Counted from the first letter of the stretch, positions 18,776-31,181 are shown. The stretch is 53,925 nucleotides of DNA from Eubacteriales bacterium (GCA_028693155.1 JAQUVY010000002.1:1-53925); one strand, 5' to 3'. Program-made: numbers and translations. Notes: a model not told the origin generated them from the sequence alone.

Positions 18776-19789
18776 ATGAGGAAAAACAGCAAAGTAGGCG
18801 GCCAGGCGGTGCTGGAGGGCGTTATGATGCGCTCCCCCAATGCCATGGCCATCGCCGTGCGTCAGGAGGACGGCACCATTGCCCTGCAAAGCGAAAAGCT
18901 GGCTACGGGCGAAAAGCCCTGGTATGAGCGGGTGCCGCTGGTGCGGGGCGTGACCAACTTCCTGCACATGATGGTGTGGGGTGTGAAGTGCCTGAACCAA
19001 TCGGCCCAGATGGCGGGGATGGAAGAGGAGGAGCCGGGCAAATTTGAGCAGTGGCTCACCAAGGTGACCGGCAAAAATGCCGCAGATGTAGCCATCGGCG
19101 TGGGCATGGTGCTGGGGCTGGCGCTGGCGGTGGGGCTGTTTTTCGTGCTGCCGCAGGTGCTGGGCAGCCTGCTCATCCGCTGGATCCCCAACAAGGTGTG
19201 GCTGAGCTTGGTGGAGGGCGTCATTCGCCTGGTCATTTTCTTTGCCTACCTGCTGCTGGTGGGCAGCATGAAGGAGATCCGCCGTTTCTTCGCCTATCAC
19301 GGCGCCGAGCACAAAACCATCAACGCGTATGAGGACGGGCAGGTGCTCACGCCCGAAACGGTGATGCGCTATTCCACGCGCCACCCCCGCTGCGGCACCT
19401 CCTTTTTGCTCATCGTCATGACCATCAGCATTCTCGTGTTTGCGGTGGCGGGCTTCGGCAGTACCTGGTATATGCGGGTGCTGTCCCGCCTGGTGCTGCT
19501 GCCGGTGGTGGCGGGCATTTCCTACGAGGTGCTCATGCTGCTGGCCCGCTGGGAAAACGGCTTTACCGCGGCCCTGCGCAAGCCCGGCATGGCGCTGCAG
19601 GCGCTGACCACCCGCGAACCCGACGCCCAGATGTGCGAGGTGGCCATCACCGCCTTCCTCGCCTGCCTGGATGAGGAAGAGCGGGCGGTCTGCGCGCCAC
19701 CCAAGAAGGAAGAGGAGAATACGGATGACCATCAGGCAGGCACTGAACGAGGCCCGCAGGAAGCTGAGGGAGAGCCGGCAGCCCTGTGA
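18776..19789 (+). CDS. DUF1385-family membrane protein
   Basis: VGGQAVLEGVMMRSP...YHGAEHKTINAYE...HPRCGTSF, with the conserved rpmE-DUF1385-prmC-prfA order. ATG at 18776. Confidence 0.8.
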   Translation: MRKNSKVGGQAVLEGVMMRSPNAMAIAVRQEDGTIALQSEKLATGEKPWYERVPLVRGVTNFLHMMVWGVKCLNQSAQMAGMEEEEPGKFEQWLTKVTGKNAADVAIGVGMVLGLALAVGLFFVLPQVLGSLLIRWIPNKVWLSLVEGVIRLVIFFAYLLLVGSMKEIRRFFAYHGAEHKTINAYEDGQVLTPETVMRYSTRHPRCGTSFLLIVMTISILVFAVAGFGSTWYMRVLSRLVLLPVVAGISYEVLMLLARWENGFTAALRKPGMALQALTTREPDAQMCEVAITAFLACLDEEERAVCAPPKKEEENTDDHQAGTERGPQEAEGEPAAL

Positions 19790-20558
19790 CCCAAGGGCTG
19801 CGGCCATGCTGCTGTGCGATGCTTTGGGCATGGGGCAGGCGCGCCTGCTGGCCCAAGCTAGTGCGCAGCTGCCGCTGGAGGCGTACCTGAGCTATCAGCG
19901 CCGCATAGACCGGCTGGCGGCGGGAGAACCGCTGCAATATGTAATGGGGCACTGGGAGTTTTTCGGCAGGGAGTTTGTCTGTGATGCGCGGGCGCTCATC
20001 CCCCGGGAGGATACGGAAACGCTGGTGCGCGCGGCGCTTTGCGCCGTGCCCGAGGCGGCGCAGCGCGTGCTGGACGTGGGGTGCGGCTCGGGCTGCATCG
20101 CCATTACCTGGAGCCTGGAGCGCCCGCAGGACGAAACGGAGATGTGCGACATCAGCGACGAGGCGCTGGGGCTGGCCGGGCAGAACGCCCGGCTGCTGGG
20201 CGCTTCGGTGCGCGCTTTCGCGCAGGATATGTGCACGCCCTTGGCGCGGCGCGATTATACGGTGCTGCTGTCCAACCCGCCGTACATTGCCCCGGGTGAA
20301 ACGGATGTGGAGGAAAGCGTGCTGGCGTATGAACCCCACCTGGCGCTTTTCGCCGGGGAGGACGGGCTGGAGTTTTACCGGGCGCTGGCCGACCGCGCGG
20401 CGCAGAGCCTGCTGCCCGGCGGGGTGCTGGCCGTTGAATGCGGGCACACCCAGGCGCGCGGGGTAAAAGAGCTGTTTTTGCCGCTGTGCAGCGGTGTGGA
20501 GATTCTCCGCGACGGCGCGGGGATTGAACGAGTGGTTTTGGGAAGGAAGAAAACATGA
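19725..20558 (+). CDS. prmC: release factor glutamine N5-methyltransferase
   Basis: [16 protein letters not shown] motif and LLSNPPYI catalytic motif. ATG at 19725 behind GAGGAG. Confidence 0.9.
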   Translation: MTIRQALNEARRKLRESRQPCDPRAAAMLLCDALGMGQARLLAQASAQLPLEAYLSYQRRIDRLAAGEPLQYVMGHWEFFGREFVCDARALIPREDTETLVRAALCAVPEAAQRVLDVGCGSGCIAITWSLERPQDETEMCDISDEALGLAGQNARLLGASVRAFAQDMCTPLARRDYTVLLSNPPYIAPGETDVEESVLAYEPHLALFAGEDGLEFYRALADRAAQSLLPGGVLAVECGHTQARGVKELFLPLCSGVEILRDGAGIERVVLGRKKT

Positions 20559-21631
20559 CGCTGGAACAACGTTTGCAGGAAAAAATGACGCATCTGGAGG
20601 AGCTGACGCTCTGGCTGGCTCAGCCTGACGCGATGAGCGATCCGCAGAAGTGGCGCGAGGCGCTCAAGGAACATGCGGATTTGGAGGAATTTGCCCAATC
20701 CGCCCGTCCCTACCTGGAGGATTGCCGGGCGCTCAGGGACGCGCAGGAGCTGGCACAGGCCGAAGAGGGAGAAATGCGCGACCTGGCGGTGGCCGAAGCC
20801 GAGGAAGTTAAGACGCGCCTGGCGCAGCAGGAGGAGGCCATTCGTCTGCTGCTGGCACCCAGAGATCCCAACGACGATAAAAACGTGATTCTGGAGATCC
20901 GCGCGGGCACCGGCGGCGAAGAAGCGGCGCTGTTTGCCACCGATCTGCTGAAAATGTATGCTGCCTATGCCGACCGCAGGGGCTGGAAACTGGAAATCAC
21001 CGATTCGGAGGAAACCGAGTTGGGGGGATGCCGGGAAGTCACCATGATGATCAGCGGAAAAGGCGCTTTTTCCCGCTTGAAATTCGAGAGCGGTGCTCAC
21101 CGCGTGCAGCGCGTGCCCGATACCGAGTCGGGCGGACGCATCCACACCTCGGCGGCCACGGTGGCCGTGCTGCCCGAGGCGGAGGAGGTGGAGCTGGAGA
21201 TCAACCCCGGCGATCTGCGCATCGACACCTACCGCGCATCGGGCGCGGGCGGTCAGCATATCAACCGTACCGACTCGGCCATTCGCATTACCCACCTGCC
21301 CACAGGCTTGGTGGTGGAGTGCCAGGACGAGCGTTCCCAGGGCAAGAACAAGGAAAAGGCCATGCGCGTGCTGCGTGCCCGTCTGTATGACCGTATGCAG
21401 GCGCAGCAGGAGGCGGAGTATTCGGCCAACCGCCGTGTACAGATCGGCACCGGGGATCGCTCCGAGCGCATCCGCACCTACAATTATCCCCAGTCCCGCG
21501 TGACCGACCACCGCATCGGCATGACCCTGTACTCGCTGGATAAATTCATGCAGGGAGAGATGGATGAGATGCTGGACGCGCTGGTGCTGGCCGACCGCAC
21601 CGAGCGCATGAAACAAAGCGAGCGGGAGTAG
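20555..21631 (+). CDS. prfA: peptide chain release factor 1
   Basis: [20 protein letters not shown] (GGQ motif), RF1-type [10 protein letters not shown] region. ATGA overlap with prmC. Confidence 0.95.
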   Translation: MTLEQRLQEKMTHLEELTLWLAQPDAMSDPQKWREALKEHADLEEFAQSARPYLEDCRALRDAQELAQAEEGEMRDLAVAEAEEVKTRLAQQEEAIRLLLAPRDPNDDKNVILEIRAGTGGEEAALFATDLLKMYAAYADRRGWKLEITDSEETELGGCREVTMMISGKGAFSRLKFESGAHRVQRVPDTESGGRIHTSAATVAVLPEAEEVELEINPGDLRIDTYRASGAGGQHINRTDSAIRITHLPTGLVVECQDERSQGKNKEKAMRVLRARLYDRMQAQQEAEYSANRRVQIGTGDRSERIRTYNYPQSRVTDHRIGMTLYSLDKFMQGEMDEMLDALVLADRTERMKQSERE

Positions 21632-21640
21632 GGGGAGAAG

Positions 21641-22348
21641 ATGAAGCTTTATATCATTCGCCATGGAGATCCCAACTATGAAAAGGATTGCCTGACCCCG
21701 CTGGGCAAGCGGCAAGCCGAGGCGCTGGCGCGGCGCTTTGCCGTCAACCCGCTGGATCGCATTTACGCCTCCCCTCTGGGCAGAGCACAGGAGACCGCCC
21801 GCCCCACCTGCGAGGTGTTGAAAAAGGAAATGACCATTCTGGACTGGACCAGCGAGGCGCTGGCGTATGACCAGCTGGGTATCCGCAGGGACGGCCGCAG
21901 CCGCTGGCGCTTTGCCCAGCAGGAAACGAATTATAAGAATAATAACAGCATCCGCCTTTATGACGACTGGACGCAGGCGCACGAGGACTTTGCCGGCGAC
22001 AGCGTAAAGGAGGGAATTGCGCGGATCGCCGATGCGTCGGACGCCTTCCTCAAGGAGCTGGGGTATGAGCGGGAGGGCTGTGTTTATCGCATTTTAAACC
22101 CGTCGCAGGAAGCAGTGGGTGTGTTTTGCCATCAGGGCTTTGGCCTGACTTGGCTGGCGCATCTGATGCAGATTCCCCCGCATATCGTTTGGGCGACCTT
22201 TGATTTGTCTCATTCCAGCGTGACGCTGTTTGAGTTCAAAAACTATGACAACGGGCTGACCACCCCCAAATGCCTGCAGCTGTCCGATCTGTCTCACATT
22301 TTTGCCGATGGGCTGCCTATGACCTATAACAATAAATTGCGGATTTGA
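21641..22348 (+). CDS. histidine phosphatase family protein (phosphoglycerate-mutase-like)
   Basis: LYIIRHGD RHG motif and LTPLGKRQAEAL. Confidence 0.85.
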   Translation: MKLYIIRHGDPNYEKDCLTPLGKRQAEALARRFAVNPLDRIYASPLGRAQETARPTCEVLKKEMTILDWTSEALAYDQLGIRRDGRSRWRFAQQETNYKNNNSIRLYDDWTQAHEDFAGDSVKEGIARIADASDAFLKELGYEREGCVYRILNPSQEAVGVFCHQGFGLTWLAHLMQIPPHIVWATFDLSHSSVTLFEFKNYDNGLTTPKCLQLSDLSHIFADGLPMTYNNKLRI

Positions 22349-22354
22349 TGACCT

Positions 22355-23445
22355 TGTCTTTCTTCGCCCCTCGCCTTTGGCGAGGGTTTTTTTGCTGGCT
22401 CGCGGCGCTTCGTAGGGCTGACGTGTGGGCCCGGGGGGGACAGTTGATGTAGAGAAGAGACCCCGGCAAGGGATTACATCCCTTGACCCTTTCATCGGGG
22501 AAGAGCTGTTTTGACGCTCAAAGTATCGTTCCCGAGGGTAAGCAGTGTGCGGCGAACCATTTTGTGGTTAGCGTCAGCAATTGCGCGTAGCTGCCCTCGC
22601 GCCTCGCCGTTGGCAAGGCGCTTTTTGCTGGCTCGCGGCGCTGTCATAGGGCTGACGCCCTATTGTCGCTTGCTCGCTCTTCAGTGTCAGCAGGAAGTCT
22701 TGGCTGCCCTCGCACTTCGGCCGAAGGTCGAAGTGCTTCCGGGGTGTCCCCAGCCGTTTTAAGGGGGTTATGGGGGATGCAAGGGGGCCCTAAGGGGGGA
22801 AATCGGAAGCCCCCCTGGGCCCCCTGCCCCCGCCGGAGGCGAGTTCTCTAAAGAGCAGTTGATGAAACGCCACAAGGGATTGCATCCCTTGACCCTTTCA
22901 TCGGGGAAAAGCTGCTTTGACGCTCGGGGTATTGTTCCCGAGGGTAAGCAGTGTGCGGCAAACCATTTTGCGGTTAGCGTCAGCAAGAATTCTTGGCTGC
23001 CTTCGCGCCTTGCCTTTGGCAAGGCGCTTTTTGCTGGCTCGCGGCGCTGTCATAGGGCTGACGCCCTATTGTCGCTTGCTCGCTCTTCAGTGTCAGCAGG
23101 AAGTCTTGGCTGCCCTCGCACTTCGGCCGAAGGCCGAAGTGCTTCCGGGGTGTTCCCAGACGGGAAGGGGAATGGGGGTCGCCAAGGGAGCAAGGGGGGG
23201 AAAATCGGAATCCCCCCGCTCCCCCTATCCCCCGCCGGAGGCGAGTTCTCTAAAGAACAGCCGACGGAAGCCCCAAGGGATGGTATCCCCTGACCCTTTC
23301 ATCGGGGAAGAGCTGTTTTGACGCTCAAAGTATCGTTCCCGAGGGTAAGCAGTGTGCGGCAAACCATTTTGCGGTTAGCGTCAGCAAGAATTCTTGGCCG
23401 CCTTCGCGCCTTGCCGAAGGCAAGGCGCTTTTGGCAAAAAAATCT
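22355..23445. repeat. hairpin-dense modular intergenic repeat array, locus 2 (unit about 403 bp, about 2.7 copies)
   Basis: GACCCTTTCATCGGGG recurs at 22485, 22891 and 23292. The long near-identical units contain terminator-like hairpins (GCGCCTTGCC-TTTG-GCAAGGCGC+TTTTT; GCACTTCGGCC...GGCCGAAGTGC; ATAGGGC-TGAC-GCCCTAT). Modules are shared with 8210-9205. Confidence 0.9.
22367..22393 (+). terminator. intrinsic terminator. It also forms the first module of repeat locus 2
   Basis: CCCTCGC-CTTTG-GCGAGGG + TTTTTTT. Confidence 0.7.
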
Positions 23446-23456
23446 CTTCTGCGTGA

Positions 23457-23485
23457 TTGACAAACGAGAAATCGGGTACTATATT
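23457..23485 (+). promoter_or_regulatory. sigma-A promoter of the hrcA-grpE-dnaK operon
   Basis: TTGACA, 17 nt, TATATT. Confidence 0.7.
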
Positions 23486-23494
23486 ATTAGTTGT

Positions 23495-23521
23495 TAGCAC
23501 TCGAAAGAGAAGAGTGCTAAT
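23495..23521 (+). promoter_or_regulatory. CIRCE operator (HrcA binding site)
   Basis: TTAGCACTC-N9-GAGTGCTAA, an exact match to the consensus. Confidence 0.95.
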
Positions 23522-23549
23522 GGTGCCGCAGGCGGCGCAAGGAGAGGTC

Positions 23550-24602
23550 ATGGAACTCAGTGAAAGAAAGCTGCGCATCCTTCAGGCCATCGTGGACGAT
23601 TATATCGCCACGGCTTTGCCGGTGGGTTCGCGCACGCTTACAAAAAAATACATCTCTGAACTGTCCGCTGCCACCATTCGCAACGAAATGTCCGACCTGG
23701 AGGAGCTGGGTTACCTGGATTCGCCCCACACCTCCGCCGGCCGCGTGCCTTCCTACAAGGCCTACCGGCTGTATGTCGACCGCATGATGCGCGTGGGAGA
23801 GATCAGCGAAGAAGAGAGCAGCTTTGTCAACGCTTATTTCGATCAGCGCGTGGGGGAGATGGAGCAGGTGATCAAAGGCGCGGCCAAGGCCGTGTCCGAT
23901 GCCACAGGCTATGCCTCCATGGTGTTGGCACCGCAGCAGGACAACGCCGTGCTGCGCCGCATCCAGCTGGTGCCGCTGAGCAGCGGCGTGGCGTTGGTGG
24001 TGCTGGTCACCGATTCGGCGGTGTTTAAGGACACCATCATTCATGTGCCGGCCGGCATGGCCAGCGAGGAGTTTCATCGGGTCTCCGAGATGCTGACCCA
24101 GCGCTTTGCCGGGAAGAAGCTCAGCGAGCTGGCGCGTTACGCGCTTTCCGAAATGCCCGGCGAGCTGGCCGAGGAAAAGAGCTTTTTTCAGGCGCTTACC
24201 CGCCAGCTGCAGGTCTCCTTACATAAACAGAACGAGTTGGTGGTGGAGGGTGCACTGAACATCTTTCACCTTCCCGAGTTCCAGAACGACATGGAACGGG
24301 CGCAGTCTTTTTTGATGGCGCTGGATTCCCGGGAGACGCTTTATCAGATGCTCAGCCACGCGGCAAAAATGGAGTTCAACATTACCATTGGGCCGGAAAA
24401 CCCTTATGATGAGCTCAAGGATATGAGCGTGGTGACCGCATCTTATAAAATCGGCGATCAGCCGGTGGGTACGGTGGGTGTCATCGGCCCGGTTCGCATG
24501 GATTACCGCCGGGTGATCCGCATCTTAAATTACATGGGCCGCAGCATGGGAGAGATGCTTTCCCATATGCTGGATGAGGGCTCTGATCACAAGAAAGGTT
24601 AG
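23550..24602 (+). CDS. hrcA: heat-inducible transcription repressor HrcA
   Basis: MELSERKLRILQAIVDDYIATALPVGSRTL. ATG at 23550 behind AAGGAGAGG. Confidence 0.95.
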   Translation: MELSERKLRILQAIVDDYIATALPVGSRTLTKKYISELSAATIRNEMSDLEELGYLDSPHTSAGRVPSYKAYRLYVDRMMRVGEISEEESSFVNAYFDQRVGEMEQVIKGAAKAVSDATGYASMVLAPQQDNAVLRRIQLVPLSSGVALVVLVTDSAVFKDTIIHVPAGMASEEFHRVSEMLTQRFAGKKLSELARYALSEMPGELAEEKSFFQALTRQLQVSLHKQNELVVEGALNIFHLPEFQNDMERAQSFLMALDSRETLYQMLSHAAKMEFNITIGPENPYDELKDMSVVTASYKIGDQPVGTVGVIGPVRMDYRRVIRILNYMGRSMGEMLSHMLDEGSDHKKG

Positions 24603-24605
24603 GTT

Positions 24606-25166
24606 ATGAGCAAGAAGAACGAAAAAAAGACGTCCCAGCCCCAGGTTGAGACGCAGCAGGAAACGCCCGCGGCGCAGGAGACCGCCCCCGCCCCTGAAAC
24701 GGAAAAAACCGACAGCGCCGAGACGCTGCTGGACTTGCTGAACAAAGCCGAAGCCAAAAGGGATGAATATTTGAGCACGGCGCAGCGCTTGCAGGCCGAG
24801 TTTGATAATTTCCGCCGGCGCAACCAGGGCATCTATAAGGACGCCTTTAACGACGGCGTGGCCGACACGGTGCTGAAAATGCTGCCCGTGCTGGACAATA
24901 TGGAACGCGCCCTCAATGCACAGAGCGGCGAAGCCGAGCTGCGCAAGGGCGTGGAGATGATCTGCCGGCAGATGAGCCAGGCACTGCAGGCCGCCGGGGT
25001 GGAAGAGATCCCCGCGCATGGTGAAGCGTTCGATCCCACGCGGCATGATGCCGTGATGCAGGAAGAGAGCCAGGAAGAGAGCGGCACCGTCACCGGTGTG
25101 TTGCAAAAGGGATACAAGATGGGCGAAAAGGTGCTGCGCCCCAGCATGGTAAAAGTGGCGCAATAA
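24606..25166 (+). CDS. grpE: nucleotide exchange factor GrpE
   Basis: Synteny, plus RLQAEFDNFRRR and FDPTRHDAV motifs. Confidence 0.95.
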   Translation: MSKKNEKKTSQPQVETQQETPAAQETAPAPETEKTDSAETLLDLLNKAEAKRDEYLSTAQRLQAEFDNFRRRNQGIYKDAFNDGVADTVLKMLPVLDNMERALNAQSGEAELRKGVEMICRQMSQALQAAGVEEIPAHGEAFDPTRHDAVMQEESQEESGTVTGVLQKGYKMGEKVLRPSMVKVAQ

Positions 25167-25218
25167 GCGCTGATTATTTTAGTAAATTACGAATTTTATT
25201 TTGATCAGGAGGAATTGA

Positions 25219-27072
<1,854 letters not shown>

Positions 27073-27138
27073 ACCACTGGCGGCATCGCCGCCGGATGTG
27101 CTACAATAAGGCGTCCTGAAGGAACTGCTGTTGGTGCG

Positions 27139-27167
27139 GGCGCGGCGCGCAAACGCCGCGCCTTTTG
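27139..27167 (+). terminator. intrinsic terminator after dnaK
   Basis: GGCGCGGCG-CGCAAA-CGCCGCGCC + TTTTG. Confidence 0.7.
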
Positions 27168-27284
27168 CCATGGAAGAAAGTATGCTGACGCATTGCCGGT
27201 CTTTTTTTAAGATCGGCACCGGTGAGCAACCTTTTTAACCAACTTATCATGCCCCGCGTTTTGCCCGGGGCGAAGGAGAGGACA

Positions 27285-28430
27285 ATGGCGGAAAAGAGAG
27301 ATTATTACGAGGTACTGGGGGTAGAACGGGGCGCCGATGAGGCCGCGCTGAAAAGCGCGTACCGTAAGCTGGCGAAAAAGTACCACCCCGATCTGAACCC
27401 CGGCGATAAAACGGCGGAGGCCAATTTTAAGGAAGTCAACGAGGCCTATGAAGTGCTGTCCGATCCGCAAAAGCGCGCGCAGTACGATCAGTTTGGCCAC
27501 GCCGGCCCCCAGGGCGGCTTTGGCGGCGGCGCGTATGAAGGCGGCTTCGGCGGGGGCGGCTTCAGCGGCTTTGGCGGGTTTGAGGACATTTTCGATATGT
27601 TTTCCGGGGGCTTTGGCGGCCGCAGCGGCCGTCGGCAGGGGCCGACCCAGGGCAACTCCCTGCGCTATGACCTGAGCATCTCCTTTGAGGAGGCGGCTTT
27701 CGGCGTGCAAAAGGAGATCAGCATCACCCGCGAGGAAAAATGCCCCAAGTGCAACGGCACCGGCGCGCGCAACGGCGAGGCGCGAAAAACCTGCCCCTCC
27801 TGCGGCGGACGCGGCCAGGTGCAAAGCACGGTGCGCACGCCTTTGGGCAATATGAGCACCACCCGCCCCTGCCCGGACTGCAACGGCGAGGGCACCGTGG
27901 TGGAGCATCCCTGCGAAGAGTGCCAGGGACGCGGGCGGGTGCGCCGCAAGCGTTCCATCAACGTGAAGGTGCCCGCGGGCATTGACAACGGCCAGACCAT
28001 GACCCTGCGCGGCGAGGGCGAGCCGGGTATGCGCGGCGGCCCCAACGGCGACCTGTACATCGCCATCAGCGTGCGCGCCCATTCGCTGTTTCAGCGCGAG
28101 GGCTTCAACATTTTTTATGAGATGCCCATTTCTTTCGTGCAGGCAACTTTGGGCGACACGGTGGAGGTACCCGGGCTGGAGGGGAAGATCTCCTTCCGCA
28201 TCCCCGAGGGCACCCAGCCCGGCACCAATTTCCGCATCGAGGGGCGCGGCATTCAGCGCCTGGGCGGCAGGGGCAAGGGCGATATGCTGGTGAAGGTCAA
28301 GCTGGAGGTGCCTCAAAAGCTCAATGCCAAGCAAAAAGAATTGCTGCAGCAGTTTGACGGCAGCATGACCCCCAAGCAATACAAAGAAAAGAAGAGCTTC
28401 GCCGACAAGGTGAAGAACCTCTTCGGATAA
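27285..28430 (+). CDS. dnaJ: molecular chaperone DnaJ
   Basis: J domain with HPD (KKYHPDLNP), G/F region and four CxxCxGxG zinc motifs. ATG at 27285 behind GAAGGAGAGG. Confidence 0.95.
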   Translation: MAEKRDYYEVLGVERGADEAALKSAYRKLAKKYHPDLNPGDKTAEANFKEVNEAYEVLSDPQKRAQYDQFGHAGPQGGFGGGAYEGGFGGGGFSGFGGFEDIFDMFSGGFGGRSGRRQGPTQGNSLRYDLSISFEEAAFGVQKEISITREEKCPKCNGTGARNGEARKTCPSCGGRGQVQSTVRTPLGNMSTTRPCPDCNGEGTVVEHPCEECQGRGRVRRKRSINVKVPAGIDNGQTMTLRGEGEPGMRGGPNGDLYIAISVRAHSLFQREGFNIFYEMPISFVQATLGDTVEVPGLEGKISFRIPEGTQPGTNFRIEGRGIQRLGGRGKGDMLVKVKLEVPQKLNAKQKELLQQFDGSMTPKQYKEKKSFADKVKNLFG

Positions 28431-28442
28431 GGCGGAACAACC

Positions 28443-29381
28443 ATGGATTGGAAAGAAGTGACCGTGCGCACGACGACCTGGGGTGGCGATGTCGTGTCGG
28501 ATTTTATGCTGCAGGCAGGGGCTCAGGGTACGGCCATCGAGGACCGTGCCGAGGTGGAAGAGCAGGCCAGCATGCCGCGGGATTGGGATCTGATCGACGA
28601 AAATATTCTGGCGAGTATGGACGAGGACGTGCTGGTGCGCGCCTGGTTCCCGGCGGATGAGCGCTTTCCGGATACGCTGGCTTTCCTGCGCGCTTCGCTG
28701 GATGCGTCGCGCACGCCGGAGGGAATCGACATGGGCAAGCTGACCATGGAGGTGGAGGGCGTAAAGGACGAGGACTGGGAGAACACCTGGCGGCAGTATT
28801 ATAAGCCCTTTGAAGTGGGCGAGCGCCTGCTGGTTTGCCCCGAGTGGGAGCAGGCCGACCCCAAGGGACGCCTGCTGCTGCGCATGGAACCGGGCATGGC
28901 CTTTGGCACCGGCACGCACGAAACGACCTTCATGTGCCTGGAGCTGGCGCAGGAATATGTAAAGGCTGGCGACCGGGTTTACGACATCGGCTGCGGCACG
29001 GGCATTTTGGGCGCTGCGGCGCTGATGCTGGGCGCGGGCAGCGTGACGGCGGTGGATCGCGACCCCATTGCGGTGGATGCCGCCCGGGTCAACGCGGCGC
29101 TCAACGGTCTGCAGGGGCGCATCGACGCCCGCCAGGGCAATCTGCTGGATGACCTGGAGGAGCCTGCCGATTTGATCTTCGCCAATATCATCGCGGAGGT
29201 GGTGGCCTTCATGGCGCCCGACGCGGCGGCAAAGTTAAAATGCGGCGGCGTTCTTATCTGCTCGGGCATCATCCGCGCCAAGCACGCCGAGGTGGCGCAG
29301 GCGCTGGAAGCGGCGGGCTTTGCCATTGAGCAGACCAAAAACAAGGGGGAATGGGTAGCCATGGCTGCCCGGCGGCGGTAA
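28443..29381 (+). CDS. prmA: ribosomal protein L11 methyltransferase
   Basis: FGTGTHETT and VYDIGCGTGILG motifs. dnaJ-prmA synteny. Confidence 0.9.
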   Translation: MDWKEVTVRTTTWGGDVVSDFMLQAGAQGTAIEDRAEVEEQASMPRDWDLIDENILASMDEDVLVRAWFPADERFPDTLAFLRASLDASRTPEGIDMGKLTMEVEGVKDEDWENTWRQYYKPFEVGERLLVCPEWEQADPKGRLLLRMEPGMAFGTGTHETTFMCLELAQEYVKAGDRVYDIGCGTGILGAAALMLGAGSVTAVDRDPIAVDAARVNAALNGLQGRIDARQGNLLDDLEEPADLIFANIIAEVVAFMAPDAAAKLKCGGVLICSGIIRAKHAEVAQALEAAGFAIEQTKNKGEWVAMAARRR

Positions 29382-30718
29382 TGGCCCGCGTGCACCTCAG
29401 CACGCTGGGCTGCAAGGTCAACCTCAGCGATTCCTCCGGCATGGCGCAGCTGCTGACCCAGGCCGGTCATACGCTGGTGGACAGCGGAGAATCGCCCGAT
29501 GTGGTGGTGATCAACACCTGCGCGGTGACGGCCGAGGCGGCGCGCAAATCCCGCCAGAACGTGCGCCATCTGCTTAGGGAGAACCCCACAGCGGTGGCGG
29601 TGGTGACGGGCTGCGCCGGGCAGGAGGCGCCCGAGGCCTTTGCCGATATGGAGGGCGTGGCGGCGGTGGCGGGCACAGCCGGGCGGGCGCAGATCGTTTC
29701 TCTGGTGGAGGAGGCGCTGCGGGGCAGCGCGGCGCAGTGCTGCGTTGCGCCGCTGAACGGGCAGGATTATGAAGAGCTGACGGCGGTTTCGCAGCAGGAG
29801 CATACCCGCGCGTTCATGAAGATCCAGGAGGGGTGCGACGCCTTTTGTGCGTATTGCATCATCCCATCGCTGCGCGGCTTGCCCCGCAGCCGCACGCCCG
29901 AGCACATTGCGCAGCAGGCCGCCGTGCTGGTGCAGGCGGGCTATGCCGAAATTGTGCTGGTGGGCATCAATCTGTCGCGCTACGGCATAGACCTGCCGGG
30001 AAAACCCGGGTTGGAGGAGGCCGCAAAGGCGGCGCTGGTGCCGGGGGTCGCGCGTCTGCGCTTCGGTTCGCTGGAGCCTGACGTGCTGGAGGAGCCTTTT
30101 TTGGCGGGCATTGCCGGGGATGCCCGCGTGTGTCCTCATTTCCATGTGTCGCTGCAAAGCGGCAGCGCAGGCGTGCTCAAAGCCATGGGGCGGCGCTATA
30201 CGCCCGACGAGTTTCTGGAAAAGATGGCGCGCATCCGCCGATATTTCCCCGAGGCGGCCGTAACGACCGATGTGATCGTGGGTTTTCCGGGCGAAACGCG
30301 GGAGCAGTTTGACGAAAGCCTGCGCTTTGTTGAGAAGGCCGGCTTTGCCAAGGTGCACGTATTTCCCTATTCGAAGAGACCGGGCACCCGCGCCGCGCAA
30401 ATGCCCGGGCAGCTGGGAAAAGCCGAGCTGGCCAGCCGCGCCGCCCAAATGGGCGAGGTGGCTCGGCGGGGCGAAGCGGCGTTTTACGCCGCGCTGATGG
30501 GAACCCGGCAGAAGATCATGCTGGAGACACCCAGCCGGGAGCATCCCGGTTGCTGGGAGGGTTACTGTGCCAACTATGCCCGCGCGGCGGTGGAAACCCA
30601 GGGCCGGCGGGGACAGATTGTGGAAGCGGTGCTGACGCAGGCGCTGGAAGACCATACGCTGGCCCGCGAAAGCGAAAAAACGGACGGAGGTAGGGAGAAT
30701 GGATTGCCTGTTTTGTAA
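29381..30718 (+). CDS. mtaB: radical-SAM methylthiotransferase, MtaB-like (tRNA t6A37)
   Basis: N-terminal LGCKVN...NTCAV cluster, radical SAM motif CDAFCAYC. TAATG overlap with prmA. Bacillus yqeV-like position. Confidence 0.8.
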   Translation: MARVHLSTLGCKVNLSDSSGMAQLLTQAGHTLVDSGESPDVVVINTCAVTAEAARKSRQNVRHLLRENPTAVAVVTGCAGQEAPEAFADMEGVAAVAGTAGRAQIVSLVEEALRGSAAQCCVAPLNGQDYEELTAVSQQEHTRAFMKIQEGCDAFCAYCIIPSLRGLPRSRTPEHIAQQAAVLVQAGYAEIVLVGINLSRYGIDLPGKPGLEEAAKAALVPGVARLRFGSLEPDVLEEPFLAGIAGDARVCPHFHVSLQSGSAGVLKAMGRRYTPDEFLEKMARIRRYFPEAAVTTDVIVGFPGETREQFDESLRFVEKAGFAKVHVFPYSKRPGTRAAQMPGQLGKAELASRAAQMGEVARRGEAAFYAALMGTRQKIMLETPSREHPGCWEGYCANYARAAVETQGRRGQIVEAVLTQALEDHTLARESEKTDGGRENGLPVL

Positions 30719-31037
30719 AATCGTAGCCGGGGAGATCCCCTCTACAAAGGTTTATGAGGACGACTATACCTATGCGTTCCGGGATATTAATCTCCAGGCA
30801 CCGGTGCATGTGCTGGTTGTGCCCAGGCAGCACGTGGCAAACGTTCTGGAAGGCGCGCAGGTAGATGGGCTGATGCAGCACATGGCCGACACGGTGGCGC
30901 AGGTGGTGCGCCTGGAGGGTCTGGAGAAAAACGGCTTTCGCGTCATCATGAACACCGGCGAGGATGCCATGCAAACGGTAAAGCACCTGCACATGCACGT
31001 GCTGGGCGGCCGCAAGCTGGGAATTGAGATGGGATAA
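30699..31037 (+). CDS. HIT-family (histidine triad) nucleotide-binding protein
   Basis: CLFCKIVAGEIP and HLHMHVLGG. Confidence 0.9.
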   Translation: MDCLFCKIVAGEIPSTKVYEDDYTYAFRDINLQAPVHVLVVPRQHVANVLEGAQVDGLMQHMADTVAQVVRLEGLEKNGFRVIMNTGEDAMQTVKHLHMHVLGGRKLGIEMG

Positions 31038-31049
31038 CATATGATTTGT

Positions 31050-31098
31050 ACCGGGAAGAGCGGATTTTGCGAGAAAATCCATTGCAACTTTTCCCGGT
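31050..31098 (+). terminator. compound hairpin after the HIT gene
   Basis: ACCGGGAA...TTCCCGGT encloses GGATTTT-GCGAG-AAAATCC and is followed by a T-rich tract. Confidence 0.45.
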
Positions 31099-31181
31099 AT
31101 GTGTTATTGTTAACAAGTAGCGCCGCAAAGGTGGTTTTTTTAAGAAAACCATGCCAATTTAGATTTGGCTGTTGACAATCT

